Source: an uncultured Myxococcales bacterium (GTDB lineage: Bacteria; Myxococcota_A; UBA9042). Taken from it: a stretch of 64,000 nucleotides of DNA. The translations under genes were made by a program, and so were the position numbers. How positions within the stretch are numbered: position 1 is the stretch's first letter; the number at the start of each line of letters is the position of its first letter. This document shows, one piece after another, positions 50,162-60,209 of this stretch. The stretch lies in contig CAJBNH010000118.1 of the NCBI GenBank assembly GCA_903955385.1, positions 36,045 through 100,044 on the forward strand, given 5' to 3'. Below the pieces are notes generated by a model. That model saw only the letters and a program-made list of their open reading frames with translations, searched no databases and was not told the DNA's origin.

Positions 50162-51214
50162 ATGCGTTGCACGCCAACCCACCGACATCTCTCTTGGGTC
50201 TGCCTTGCCGGACTCGCGTTGGTGCTCGTCTGGACAGGCTGTGGCGGAGCGCCGAAGCGCGAGGACCGCGACCGTGGGCTGTCGGACAGTCCGCTGCGCG
50301 CCGACCTGGACATGGAGCCCCTGCGCGGAGAGTTGGCGGTCGGCATCGGCCTGCTGAACGACGGCGAATTCGACGAAGCGAAGGGAGCTTTCGAGCGCCA
50401 CGTGCAGGCGTTTCCCCGCTCTGCGCTGGGCTGGTACCACTTGGGGCTGGTGGCCGTGGAGCAGTCCAACCGCCGCGCCGCCCGCAGCCACTTCCGCCGC
50501 GCGCTGGACCTGAATCCGCAGCTTCACGGCGCGGCGAGCATGCTGGGGGCGCTGTTCGTCGAGGATGGCGAGGACATCGCAGCGCTGGAAGTGCTGGAGC
50601 AGGCGCACGAGATCGCGCCAGAGGACCCTCGGGTGCTGGGCAATCTGGCGGCGGCGCTGCAGCGGCGAGGTCGATGGACAGAAGCCATTGACATGTATCG
50701 GGAAGCCGTCGCGCTTGCCCCCGGTCACGGCACCCTGCTCTACGATCTGGCACTCGCGCTGCGCGACCGTCACGAGGATGAAGCGGCCCTGGAACGACTG
50801 GACGAAGCGCTGGAAGTGCGGCCGCAATTTGCGCTTGCCAGAGCCGCTCGCGTCGCGTGCCTGCAGGACTTGGGCCGACTGGACGAGGCCGTGGCCTATG
50901 CCGAGGCGACGCTGGACGAGCTGGACGAGCCGGAGCCCGACAACCACCTGGTGTTGGGGCGCGCTCTGGCCGGCCGCGGCGATCTGGACGGCGCGCTGGA
51001 TGCGACCCGCAAGGCCTTGAAGATCAAGGAAGACTACGCACCGGCGCAGTTCGCTCTTGCCGAGATTCTGGACCACCGCGGCGCCAAACCTGAGGCTCTG
51101 GAAGCCTATGGCCGCTATCTGAACAATCCCGCTCGCTCACCGGACGAAGCTCGCCGTGCTCGCGAGCGCCGCAAGGCCCTTCAGGAAGGCTCTGACATTC
51201 GCCCCGCACGCTGA
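50162..51214 (+). CDS. TPR-repeat lipoprotein
   Basis: Signal/lipobox LALVLVWTGC. Multiple TPR-like A/L/Y-patterned repeats. Confidence 0.55.
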   Translation: MRCTPTHRHLSWVCLAGLALVLVWTGCGGAPKREDRDRGLSDSPLRADLDMEPLRGELAVGIGLLNDGEFDEAKGAFERHVQAFPRSALGWYHLGLVAVEQSNRRAARSHFRRALDLNPQLHGAASMLGALFVEDGEDIAALEVLEQAHEIAPEDPRVLGNLAAALQRRGRWTEAIDMYREAVALAPGHGTLLYDLALALRDRHEDEAALERLDEALEVRPQFALARAARVACLQDLGRLDEAVAYAEATLDELDEPEPDNHLVLGRALAGRGDLDGALDATRKALKIKEDYAPAQFALAEILDHRGAKPEALEAYGRYLNNPARSPDEARRARERRKALQEGSDIRPAR

Positions 51215-51248
51215 CCTCCACCCGCTACATCCCCCCGCGAGGACCGCC

Positions 51249-52109
51249 ATGGAACGCCCCTGCCGACTGCTGAAAGCCCTTCCCCTGCTTGCACTTCTGA
51301 TCCTGACCGGCTGCCCGGCTGCGGGCGTGTACCGGTCTGCCCGGACGCTGGAGCCCGGCGAGACCGATCTGGGCGCAAACCTGAGCGCCAGCCGCGTCTA
51401 CCGAGGCGAAGTCCATTACGGCGACGGCACCGAAGAGGGCAAGACCAAGGACGCGTCGGTGCACGGCATCGTCAGTGCATTCCCGGAGATCCACGTGCAC
51501 CGGGGCGTGATCCCCAATCTGGAGGCAGGCGCCCGACTGGCCCCCGCCGCGGGGTATCTGGAGCTCGAGGGCAAGTACCGCTTCTTCCAGCAAGACGGTT
51601 GGCACGTTGCCGTGGCCCCGGTTGCCGGTATGGCGCCGTGGGGCAAGTTGTCGCAAGTGCGGCTGCTGCTGCCGTTCTTGGGGACCTACGACCTGAACGA
51701 CCACTGGGGTGTCACCGCCGGCCTGCACGCGGGTTACCGCTGGGTGCACTTGGACGCGGTGTCTGAGTTCCTGCAACCGCAGGAGATCGACGAGCTGCGC
51801 TGGTCCATGGGCGAGGACAGCCCGGTGTGGGGCGGCGGCATCGGCTTCGACTGGCGGACCACGGACTTCTACTTGCGACCGATGCTGACCGTCGAGGGTA
51901 CGGGCGGCGAGATCGGGCCGGTGGGCCAGAAGGAGGGCTACGGGATCACCACGGTCCAGCTGACCTTCTCCGGCGGCTGGACATTCGGCAAGGAGATTCG
52001 GCGCTTCAAGGACGCGGGCGAGCAATTGGATACGCTGATTCAGGGCCGCACGACGCCGACCGAAATGACGCCGAATCCGCCGACGGAGCCCGAAGTTCCC
52101 GTGCAGTAA
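51249..52109 (+). CDS. Hypothetical lipoprotein
   Basis: GAGGA RBS. Lipobox LLILTGC. No recognizable domain. Confidence 0.45.
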   Translation: MERPCRLLKALPLLALLILTGCPAAGVYRSARTLEPGETDLGANLSASRVYRGEVHYGDGTEEGKTKDASVHGIVSAFPEIHVHRGVIPNLEAGARLAPAAGYLELEGKYRFFQQDGWHVAVAPVAGMAPWGKLSQVRLLLPFLGTYDLNDHWGVTAGLHAGYRWVHLDAVSEFLQPQEIDELRWSMGEDSPVWGGGIGFDWRTTDFYLRPMLTVEGTGGEIGPVGQKEGYGITTVQLTFSGGWTFGKEIRRFKDAGEQLDTLIQGRTTPTEMTPNPPTEPEVPVQ

Positions 52110-52132
52110 CAAAAGGTTCTACGAGCGGGAGA

Positions 52133-53560
52133 TCAGATCGTCGGCACACCTGAACGCTGCAGCGCGCGCAGGCGGTGGCGCAACAGCACGCGAAACCGCA
52201 GGGCCAGCGAGATGGCCACCGTGCACAGTGCCGCCGTCAGCCCCCACCACAGCGTCTGCGGCCCCCACCCCAACCGAAACACCGCGTACCAGCCGAACGG
52301 CAGTCCGATGAGGCCGTAGCCGAGGACGTTGAAAAGCACCGGCACCCGCGTGTCGTCCAATCCTCGCAGCACGCCAAAGCCGATGGCCTGACAGCCGTCG
52401 CCCAGCTGGAAGGCCCCGGCAATCGCCACCAGCATCGCCGCCAGGCCCAGCACGGCGGGTTCGGCGCCCTTGATGTACAACGCCGCGAGTTGATGGCGGA
52501 AGATCAGCATGACCGCCGCAGATGTCACGGCGTAGCCAATGCCGACCGCAAGCGCCGTCCATCCCGCACGACCGATGCCAGCCTCGTCACGGCGACCGAT
52601 GGCATGGCCGACCCGCATGGCCGCCGCCGTGCCCAGCGCCGAGGGCACCTGAAAGGCGACGGCGGCAACGCTCATCGCGACCTCATGGGCGGCAAGGACT
52701 GCGTCGCCCAGCAAGCCCATCCACAGCGTAACGAGCACAAAGCCTGCGACTTCCAAGCTGTATTGCAGTGCGAGCGGCAGCCCGGAGCGGAGGATCTGCC
52801 CAAGGTCGGCGGCCACGGGACCCTGCCAGTGCCCGCGCCACCCCAGCCGGTCCGGTGCGCGGCGAAAGGGAGCGAACACCGGGTGCGTTCGGCAGTAGCC
52901 GGCGACCATCGCGACCATCAGCACGCGAGAAAACACCGAGGCAAGCGCGATGCCGTGCACGCCCATCGCCGGAACGCCCCAGCCGCCCCAGATGAACCAT
53001 TGGCACAGCCCGATGTTGAACACGTTGGCGACGATGGCAGCCACCATCACCACGCGCGGACGCCCGGCTGCCGAGGAGTAGGACCTCCAGGCGCCGAACC
53101 ACATCGCGGGGAGCAACCCGGCCGCGGACCACCACAAGTAGGTTTCCACCACGTCGACGAGCGCCGGCGCCTGCCCCATCGTGCGCAGCAACCACGGCGA
53201 GGCCAGCAAAGCGGCCGTCATCGGCACGGCGCCGAACACCGCCATCCACAGCGACTGGCGGAACAACTGCCCTGCTCGCGCGTGGTTGCCCGCTCCCACC
53301 GCCCGGGCGATGTGCGGGTCCAGACCGTTCATCAGACCGTAGGACGACACCAGCGCGAACACGAAGACGGTCGTCGCCAGCCCTTGGGCCGCCAGAGCAC
53401 CCACGCCCAGCTGACCCGCCATCACTGTGCCCACCACCCCCATCGCCATCTGCGCCAGCGACGCAACCACCAGCGGGGCCGCCAAGTTCAGCAGCGCACC
53501 GAGCTCACGCGGAGCAGGCACGGAGGCAACGGGTGGGACGATGGGAAGAACGGTCGACAT
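52133..53560 (-). CDS. MATE-family multidrug efflux transporter
   Basis: 475 aa with 12 predicted TM helices. The N-terminal region is MATE-like (LAAPLVVASLAQMAMGVVGTVMAGQLG). Confidence 0.8.
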   Translation of the reverse strand: MSTVLPIVPPVASVPAPRELGALLNLAAPLVVASLAQMAMGVVGTVMAGQLGVGALAAQGLATTVFVFALVSSYGLMNGLDPHIARAVGAGNHARAGQLFRQSLWMAVFGAVPMTAALLASPWLLRTMGQAPALVDVVETYLWWSAAGLLPAMWFGAWRSYSSAAGRPRVVMVAAIVANVFNIGLCQWFIWGGWGVPAMGVHGIALASVFSRVLMVAMVAGYCRTHPVFAPFRRAPDRLGWRGHWQGPVAADLGQILRSGLPLALQYSLEVAGFVLVTLWMGLLGDAVLAAHEVAMSVAAVAFQVPSALGTAAAMRVGHAIGRRDEAGIGRAGWTALAVGIGYAVTSAAVMLIFRHQLAALYIKGAEPAVLGLAAMLVAIAGAFQLGDGCQAIGFGVLRGLDDTRVPVLFNVLGYGLIGLPFGWYAVFRLGWGPQTLWWGLTAALCTVAISLALRFRVLLRHRLRALQRSGVPTI

Positions 53561-53605
53561 GAGGGGGCGGGAGTGTAGCAGGATTCGCGCGGGGCGAAGC
53601 GGCCG

Positions 53606-54250
53606 TCAGTCGCCGCGCAGCTTCGTCGGCTGCGGCAAGACCTCGGCGCCGACTTGCCGGTACAGCTCTGTCAGCCACGTCGCCGTGCGGTCCGCCAGAC
53701 CCGGCAGCTCGACGGTGCCCCAGACGAGGGCAAGCAGCCGTCGCGTCTCGGGTCCCGTCTTGGTGCGCTGGGCGTCCTTGACCGCGTTGGCGCAGGGGCC
53801 GTCTGCATCGAACAGGCACAGCAGGCCCTCGACGTCGATGTCGTGGCCGGCGGGGTTGAAGACGTAGCGGTCGCCTGGCCGACCCAAGGCCACCCGAAGC
53901 TCGCCGCTGAGTCGGTCGAGGTCCACCACGCTGATCGGCAAACCCGAGTGCAGCGAAGCGGCGTTGCCCGCGTCTGCGGCGGCATTGATCGACCCAAGCG
54001 TGCCCTCCGCTGCCGCACGGGCCAGGTACTCCGACGCCGGCTTGCCGCGACCGGTGGGCTTGTAGCCACCGCGACGCAGCAGGTCCCGAACCGCCTTGTT
54101 CACGCCCTCGTCCGGTCGGAATGGCGCAGACGCCCCCGGATGCAGCCGGTCCGTGAGCTCAGGGGGCGAGGTGAGTCTTTCGATCGGCGCTGGCAGCACA
54201 ATGGTCAAGGCGCGCAGGTCCAGTAGGGGATGAGGGTCGAGGTACAGCAC
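53606..54250 (-). CDS. B3/4-domain (tRNA-binding, PheT-related) protein
   Basis: GGYKPTGRGKPASEYLARAAAEG...INAAADAGNAASLHSGLPISVVDLD resembles the COG3382 B3/4 pattern as I recall it. Confidence 0.5.
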   Translation of the reverse strand: MLYLDPHPLLDLRALTIVLPAPIERLTSPPELTDRLHPGASAPFRPDEGVNKAVRDLLRRGGYKPTGRGKPASEYLARAAAEGTLGSINAAADAGNAASLHSGLPISVVDLDRLSGELRVALGRPGDRYVFNPAGHDIDVEGLLCLFDADGPCANAVKDAQRTKTGPETRRLLALVWGTVELPGLADRTATWLTELYRQVGAEVLPQPTKLRGD

Positions 54251-54283
54251 GGAACTCCTTGCAGCAAGAGGGGTTGAGGACGA

Positions 54284-54976
54284 TCAGTCCCGCTTGGTCT
54301 GGGCGGCCAGTTGCTTGCGAACGGTCGGCGCGTTGCGGACACCGAACTCGAGCCAGCGCTGACGGGTGCGCCACATGCGGTCCATCGACATGTCGCCCAG
54401 CCGGCCTTGGTGAGCCAGCTGCGCCCGACGGCGCGCGACCACTCCCTGCAGCGACATCGCCAGGGCGACCGAGAGGTTGAACGACTGCACCATACCGTAC
54501 ATGGGCAGAATGTAACGGCGATCTGCCGCTGCACGCATGGTTTCGCTGATACCGTTCAGCGCGTTGCCGACCACGATGGCGACGTTGCCCTCAACCGGCA
54601 GCTCGTCCAGCGTCTGCTCGGCCTGCAAGTCCGACACCCAGATCTGGAAGCCCTGCGCCTTGAGCGCCGCGATCGCCCCCTCGGTCGTCTGGTGCAGGTG
54701 CACGTCGACCCACTGCTGGGCGGACTTGGCGATCCCGGCCGAAAGATGCGGCCCGTGGCGTGGGTTGATCTCGTGGACGTCGTGCAAACCGAAGCCCTCG
54801 CACGTGCGCACGCACGCGGCCACGTTGTGGGGGTCGATGATGTCCTCGAACACCGCCGTCAGCGACACCAAACGCCGACGCAGGACGTGGTCCACACGGA
54901 CGATGCGCTCAGGGGCGATGAAGGCCTCGATGGGGTCAGCGTCGGGCCAAGGGAACAACGTTTCTTCTGCAATCAT
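54284..54976 (-). CDS. trmH: SpoU/TrmH-family RNA 2'-O-methyltransferase
   Basis: SPOUT motifs (IVVGNALNGIS, LPMYGMVQSFNLSVALAMSL). Confidence 0.75.
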   Translation of the reverse strand: MIAEETLFPWPDADPIEAFIAPERIVRVDHVLRRRLVSLTAVFEDIIDPHNVAACVRTCEGFGLHDVHEINPRHGPHLSAGIAKSAQQWVDVHLHQTTEGAIAALKAQGFQIWVSDLQAEQTLDELPVEGNVAIVVGNALNGISETMRAAADRRYILPMYGMVQSFNLSVALAMSLQGVVARRRAQLAHQGRLGDMSMDRMWRTRQRWLEFGVRNAPTVRKQLAAQTKRD

Positions 54977-55018
54977 GCGTGCATCCGTTAAGTGTGGGCG
55001 GAGTCGGGGCGACCGAAT

Positions 55019-56788
55019 TCAGGGAGCGGGCGGCGGCACAGGGCCCATCCGCTGGCTGCGAAGAATCCAGTGGAGGTAGCGCTGTTGGACCATGGGCTTT
55101 TGTCCCTGAAGCAGCGAGAGCTGGCCCGCGGCCACGTCGCCCGCGTGAGTCTCGATCGCCCGCTGCAAGGCGAGGGCGCTGACGGCGAGAGCGGCCTGCA
55201 GCGACTCGGCCGACCTCAACACCGTCGGGTCCAAAGGCTGCCCGGACGCCAAGACGCCCACACCTGCGGGAACCTCCAGCGCTTCGGCCATCGTGCGGTC
55301 GGTCCGCACGTGCAGCTGCGTGTCGGGGTCAGTGCGGTCGCGCTCCCAGCGGGTGCCCTTGCCACCCGCAAGGTCGACCAGCAGGCGCAAGGCCTCGATC
55401 TGCATGGACTGCGACGGCTCAGCCAGCGCGGGCACCGACGACCAGAACAGGTCCTGCGCGTCCAGCGCCTGCAGCGCCGCCCCGACGGTCAGCGCGTCAG
55501 GGTCGTCACCCACACGCTGCAGGAACACCAGCCGCGGCGGTCCCAGCGCGGGAATTGTCGGTGCTTCCGCTTCCTTGGCCTGCCACGCCGTCAACCAATG
55601 GAGGGTCTTGCGACAGTCCAGCACCGTCGGGTCGCACGCGAGCAAGACCTGAAACACTGCGTTCGGCTCTCCCTGACTCAGCAACGGCGGCAGCTCTGTC
55701 TGCGGCTCCACACCCGCAGCGGCCAGCGAGTCGGCCAGCCGCCCTTGCGCCCCCACCCATTCTTCCAGGGCCATGTCGACCCCCACCCAGGCAATGAGAG
55801 CGAGCACGCCAATCGCAAGCAACCGCGCCAGACAGCCGCCTGCTCCACTGCGGGTGTGAACAGGAAAGGCTCCGGGAGATGCAGGGTTGGGCGGCGGCAC
55901 GGGAGGAATCATCGGTCCCGGTCGGTAGGAAGGAACCTCGGGAGGCGGTGGAGGCGGTGGAGGCGGTGGGGGTGGAGGCGGGGTCGGCCGCAACGCGACG
56001 GGTGGCCGCGCGTGCTGGTGCTCAGTGGGCGAGGCACGCTCCGCGGGAGAGGCGTGCTCGGCAACCGGGGCAGGCTCACTGCGACCATGCTGAGGCACCC
56101 GGTTCATCTCCACCGCGCGGGCCTGGACATCGCGGCGCACGGGGCGTTCGGTCGCCATCCGCAACCGCGGCAGTGCCGGCAACCCGCCCACCGAAGGAGC
56201 CAGGTCGTGGAGCAATTCGCGCGCCGGGTCAGGAGGATCCACGGCATCGACATCGACGTAGGCCCAAGCGTCGACCTCGACCGGCCTGCGTGGCGCAAGG
56301 GGCAGAGGTTGACCCGATGGAGCCTCGATCCGCGACACGAACGGCAGCCGGCGGTCGCGTCCCCAGGCAGGCCGGACGATCGGGTGCACCACCATGGCGG
56401 CGAAGCGAGGGTCGGGGGCAGGCACCGCGATCGGCTCCGGCTTGGGCAGCGGGAACAGCCGCGCCCACTCGGGCGACTCGATCCGCTGCACACCCTGCCC
56501 GGCGGGCAGCGAAGGGGCCCGAACCTGCAACAGGTCAGCCCGCACCCGCAACAGAGCCAGCAGGCCGTCCACGTCGAGCCGATCCGCTGTGTGGGCGGAG
56601 AGATAGCCGTCACCGGCACGGTCGGGTTCAACCTGAATCTTGCGGTGCGCAAGGCTGACGTCGATGTCGGCCGACGGCTCGGGAGCGGGAGATGGACGCG
56701 TGCTGGTCGCAGGGACCGCGGGCCCAGACCTGCCCCGGCGTGAACCAGAGACGTCGCTGCGGCGGTCGTGGGTGGTGGGCGCGGCCAT
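55019..56788 (-). CDS. Hypothetical bitopic membrane protein with poly-proline tract
   Basis: PTPPPPPPPPPPPPPPEVP, then a TM helix (LARLLAIGVLALIAWVGV), then a C-terminal domain of unknown function. Confidence 0.45.
   Translation of the reverse strand: MAAPTTHDRRSDVSGSRRGRSGPAVPATSTRPSPAPEPSADIDVSLAHRKIQVEPDRAGDGYLSAHTADRLDVDGLLALLRVRADLLQVRAPSLPAGQGVQRIESPEWARLFPLPKPEPIAVPAPDPRFAAMVVHPIVRPAWGRDRRLPFVSRIEAPSGQPLPLAPRRPVEVDAWAYVDVDAVDPPDPARELLHDLAPSVGGLPALPRLRMATERPVRRDVQARAVEMNRVPQHGRSEPAPVAEHASPAERASPTEHQHARPPVALRPTPPPPPPPPPPPPPPEVPSYRPGPMIPPVPPPNPASPGAFPVHTRSGAGGCLARLLAIGVLALIAWVGVDMALEEWVGAQGRLADSLAAAGVEPQTELPPLLSQGEPNAVFQVLLACDPTVLDCRKTLHWLTAWQAKEAEAPTIPALGPPRLVFLQRVGDDPDALTVGAALQALDAQDLFWSSVPALAEPSQSMQIEALRLLVDLAGGKGTRWERDRTDPDTQLHVRTDRTMAEALEVPAGVGVLASGQPLDPTVLRSAESLQAALAVSALALQRAIETHAGDVAAGQLSLLQGQKPMVQQRYLHWILRSQRMGPVPPPAP
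55941..55983. repeat. Tandem 9-nt repeat (GGTGGAGGC-like, 4-5 units) encoding the poly-Pro tract
   Basis: Read directly: ggaggcggtggaggcggtggaggcggtgggggtggaggcggg. Confidence 0.7.
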
Positions 56789-56844
56789 CGGTCATCCCCG
56801 AGTTGCAGGACCGGAACGGAGCCTGCCGTGCTGAACCCGAGGGG

Positions 56845-58059
56845 TCAATACGCCAGTTGCAGCTGCAGGAACGCCGTCCAACGGGTCGACTCGTCCGTGC
56901 CGGCGCGGCGCAACGTGCGGTCCTGCCAGGCGGCCTGGATCTTGGCGGCGTCGCCGTCCAAGTAGTAGTTCAGCGCAACCGTGTAGCGCGTGTCGCTGTC
57001 GGTGCGGATGGCCGCATTGGGCTCCCATTCCTCTGCAGCAGCAGCAACTTGAAGGGCGCGGTGGAAGGGCACGTCGGCCGCCACCTGCACGTAGCCGCCG
57101 CGCCAGTCGACCGGCTTTACCCCCAGACTCGCGAGGCTGGGCACCTGCGCGTCCGAGGCTCGTGCGTCGATCGGGTCCCGCGTGCCCTGAAAGCCCTCTG
57201 CGCGCAGCTCGACCCCTTGCCAGCGGGCAGCAGCAAAGGCAGAGAACGCAGTGGTTTCATCGAACTGCTTGATCTGTACGCTCTTGCCGCCGACTTGCGC
57301 CTTCAGCGACGCGTTGTCCTGATAGCTGGCGATACCGCCGCCAAGCCGTACCTTGGGCTTGCGGCCGATGGGGTGGCTGACCAGGTCGTACTTGCCCAGC
57401 GGCGCGACGTCCAACCGCGCCTCGACACGCAGGTTCGTGTTGTCGTTGCCCTCTGTGTTCATGCCGTTGCCGTTGAAGACACCGACGGCCGCCATCACGC
57501 GCTCGCCCAGCCAATCGCCGGACAACAGGACGCCGATGTCGCGGCTGCTTCCGGCCTCTTCCACCACGTCCGGCCGCTCGTAGATCTGCGACTCCTCAGC
57601 CGAGACCAGGTAGGTCTGCGAGAAGATCCGCTTGAATTGCCCAAGCTTCAGTTGCGTACCCAGACCCAGCTCGCGCTCTGCGTAGGCGTTCAAGAGCCGC
57701 ACCATGCCGCGGCCGAAGTCGACCTTGGTGCGCAGCTTCCAGTCCAGAACGTCGGTGGCGACCTCAAGACGCGCGCGCGGCACGGTGAACGAGTCAGTCC
57801 AAGCGGTGGCCAGTGGTCCCGTTGCGCCATCGGGGTTGCCACCGCGCCAGTTGGGACCCAACGCATAGCGCAGTTGCACGATGCCGCCCACCTTTACCGC
57901 GCGCCCAAGCGACTTCTTCCCCGCCTTGGCTTGCTTGGTGGTCGGCGTGACGTCGTCCGCCAAATCAACAGGACCGGCATGGGCTGGGGCCGCCAGCACC
58001 AGGGTCGCAACGAACGGGATGGCAAACGCGAGTCGACAGCGGAGGGCCAGGGAGGTCAT
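56845..58059 (-). CDS. Outer-membrane porin, phosphate-selective porin O/P-like
   Basis: Signal peptide (FVATLVLAAPAHA). Beta-barrel strand periodicity. Family call is tentative. Confidence 0.5.
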   Translation of the reverse strand: MTSLALRCRLAFAIPFVATLVLAAPAHAGPVDLADDVTPTTKQAKAGKKSLGRAVKVGGIVQLRYALGPNWRGGNPDGATGPLATAWTDSFTVPRARLEVATDVLDWKLRTKVDFGRGMVRLLNAYAERELGLGTQLKLGQFKRIFSQTYLVSAEESQIYERPDVVEEAGSSRDIGVLLSGDWLGERVMAAVGVFNGNGMNTEGNDNTNLRVEARLDVAPLGKYDLVSHPIGRKPKVRLGGGIASYQDNASLKAQVGGKSVQIKQFDETTAFSAFAAARWQGVELRAEGFQGTRDPIDARASDAQVPSLASLGVKPVDWRGGYVQVAADVPFHRALQVAAAAEEWEPNAAIRTDSDTRYTVALNYYLDGDAAKIQAAWQDRTLRRAGTDESTRWTAFLQLQLAY

Positions 58060-58214
58060 GTCGAAACTCCAGGGTGGGACGGTACCTGCAAGCGCGATGA
58101 AGGCGAAGGCATTCCCGTGGCGATGATCTTGCCCCGGTTTCGTGGTATCAAGCCGCGCCGGCCGTTGCCGAGCACCTTAGCACCACGGCCCCCCTCGCCG
58201 CCAGAGAGCCCGAC

Positions 58215-60203
58215 ATGTCTGAATCTACCCAAGTTTCTCTCGACCAACTCTGCGCCACCACCCTTCGTGGACTGGCGATCGACGCCATCCAGAAGGCCAA
58301 CTCCGGTCACCCCGGAATGCCGATGGGGATGGCCGACGCCGCGCATGTCCTGTGGTCGCAGTTCTTGAAGTTCGACCCTTCGTCCCCCGACTGGCCCGAC
58401 CGCGACCGCTTCGTGCTGTCCGCCGGGCACGGCTCGACGCTGCAGTACGGCCTGCTGCATTTGTATGGGTTCCCGCTAACGATCGAAGATCTGAAGCAAT
58501 TCCGCCAATTGCACAGCCAGACCCCCGGCCACCCGGAGCGCGGGCACACCCCCGGCATCGAGACGACCACGGGACCGCTGGGTCAGGGCTTGGCAAACGC
58601 GGTGGGCATGGCGCTGGCAGAAGCCAGACTGCGTGCGGAGTTCGGCCCCGACCGCATGGACCACTACACCTACGTCATCGTCGGCGACGGCTGCATGATG
58701 GAGGGCGTGGCCTCCGAAGCGGCCTCGCTGGCGGGCCATCTGGGTCTGGATCGGCTGGTCGTCCTGTACGACGACAACGGCATCAGCATCGACGGCAGCA
58801 CCCGCCTGACGTTCACCGAAGACGTCGGCGGCCGCTTCGCTGCCTACGACTGGCACGTGCAGTACTGCGACGGCCACGATCAGGCGAGCGTCGCCGAGGC
58901 CATCCGCAACGCCAAGGCCGAGTCCCGCCGCCCGTCGCTGATCCTGTGCCACACGGTGATCGGCAAGGGCTCTCCCAAGCTCGCTGGCAGCCACAAGGTG
59001 CACGGCGCGCCGCTGGGTGCCGACGAGGTCGCGGCGACCAAGCGGGCAATCGGCCTGGATCCCGAGCAGTTCTTCCACGTTGCGCCGGCCGTCTACGCGC
59101 ACTTGCGCGCCCGCAACCCGGACCGCATGGCCCAGCGTCAAGCGTGGGAACAGCGGCTGGCGTCGGACGAAGCGGGCCAGCGGCTGGTCGCGCGTCTGAC
59201 TCCCGACTTCTCCGATCTGGAGGAGCGCGTGATCTGGCCCAGCCAACCCGTCGGGGCGATGCTGGCGACCCGCAAGGCCGGCAATCAGGTGATCCAGGCG
59301 CTGGCCCCCCACGTGCCCGGATTGTTCGGCGGCAGCGCGGACTTGGGCCACTCGACCTTTGCGACCATCGACTCCAGCGGCTACGTGCAGAAGGGCGACT
59401 ACGCCGGGCGCAACATCCACTGGGGCATCCGCGAGCACGCGATGACAGCGGCGGCCAATGGCCTGTCGACCCACGGTGGCCACGTACCATTCGTCAGCAC
59501 TTTCTTGGTGTTCCATGACTACATGCGGCCCAGCGTGCGGTTGGCGGCGCTGATGGGCTGTCAGGCGGTCCACGTCTACACCCACGACTCGATCTTCGTG
59601 GGTGAGGATGGGCCGACGCACCAGCCGGTCGAGACGCTGGCCGCCATGCGCGTGATCCCCAACCACGTCACGCTGCGTCCCGCCGACCTGGCCGAGACGG
59701 GCGCGGCGTGGAAGATCGCGATCCAGCGCACCAACGGACCGACGGCGCTGTCGCTGACCCGCCAGAACCTGCCAGAGCTGGACCACTCGGCGTGCGAAGG
59801 CGGCGTCCGGGCGGCCGTGGCCAAGGGCGCGTATCTCCTGCAGGAAGCCGTGGGCGAGCTGAAGGTGATCATCGTCGCCTCAGGCTCGGAGGTCCATCTG
59901 GCCGTGGCGGCACGCGACGTGCTGCAGGCCGAAGGCATCGGCACGCGAGTGGTGTCGATGCCCAGCTGCGAGTTGTTCGACGCCCAGCCGTTGGCCTATC
60001 GGCTGCAGGTGCTGCCGATTCAGGTCCGCAAGCTCAGCATCGAGGCGGGGTTGACGAAGGGCTGGGAGCGTTACGTCGGCCCGGATGGCGACTCGATCGG
60101 CATCGACACGTTCGGAGCTTCGGCGCCCGACAAGGTGCTGGCCCAAGTCTACGGATTGACGGTCGACAACGTCGTCGCCAAGGCCAAGCGCCTGTTGTCC
60201 TGA
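58215..60203 (+). CDS. tkt: Transketolase
   Basis: NSGHPGMPMGMA, TPP-binding GDGCMMEG, HDSIFVGEDGPTHQP. 662 aa. Confidence 0.95.
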   Translation: MSESTQVSLDQLCATTLRGLAIDAIQKANSGHPGMPMGMADAAHVLWSQFLKFDPSSPDWPDRDRFVLSAGHGSTLQYGLLHLYGFPLTIEDLKQFRQLHSQTPGHPERGHTPGIETTTGPLGQGLANAVGMALAEARLRAEFGPDRMDHYTYVIVGDGCMMEGVASEAASLAGHLGLDRLVVLYDDNGISIDGSTRLTFTEDVGGRFAAYDWHVQYCDGHDQASVAEAIRNAKAESRRPSLILCHTVIGKGSPKLAGSHKVHGAPLGADEVAATKRAIGLDPEQFFHVAPAVYAHLRARNPDRMAQRQAWEQRLASDEAGQRLVARLTPDFSDLEERVIWPSQPVGAMLATRKAGNQVIQALAPHVPGLFGGSADLGHSTFATIDSSGYVQKGDYAGRNIHWGIREHAMTAAANGLSTHGGHVPFVSTFLVFHDYMRPSVRLAALMGCQAVHVYTHDSIFVGEDGPTHQPVETLAAMRVIPNHVTLRPADLAETGAAWKIAIQRTNGPTALSLTRQNLPELDHSACEGGVRAAVAKGAYLLQEAVGELKVIIVASGSEVHLAVAARDVLQAEGIGTRVVSMPSCELFDAQPLAYRLQVLPIQVRKLSIEAGLTKGWERYVGPDGDSIGIDTFGASAPDKVLAQVYGLTVDNVVAKAKRLLS

Positions 60204-60209
60204 CGAATT

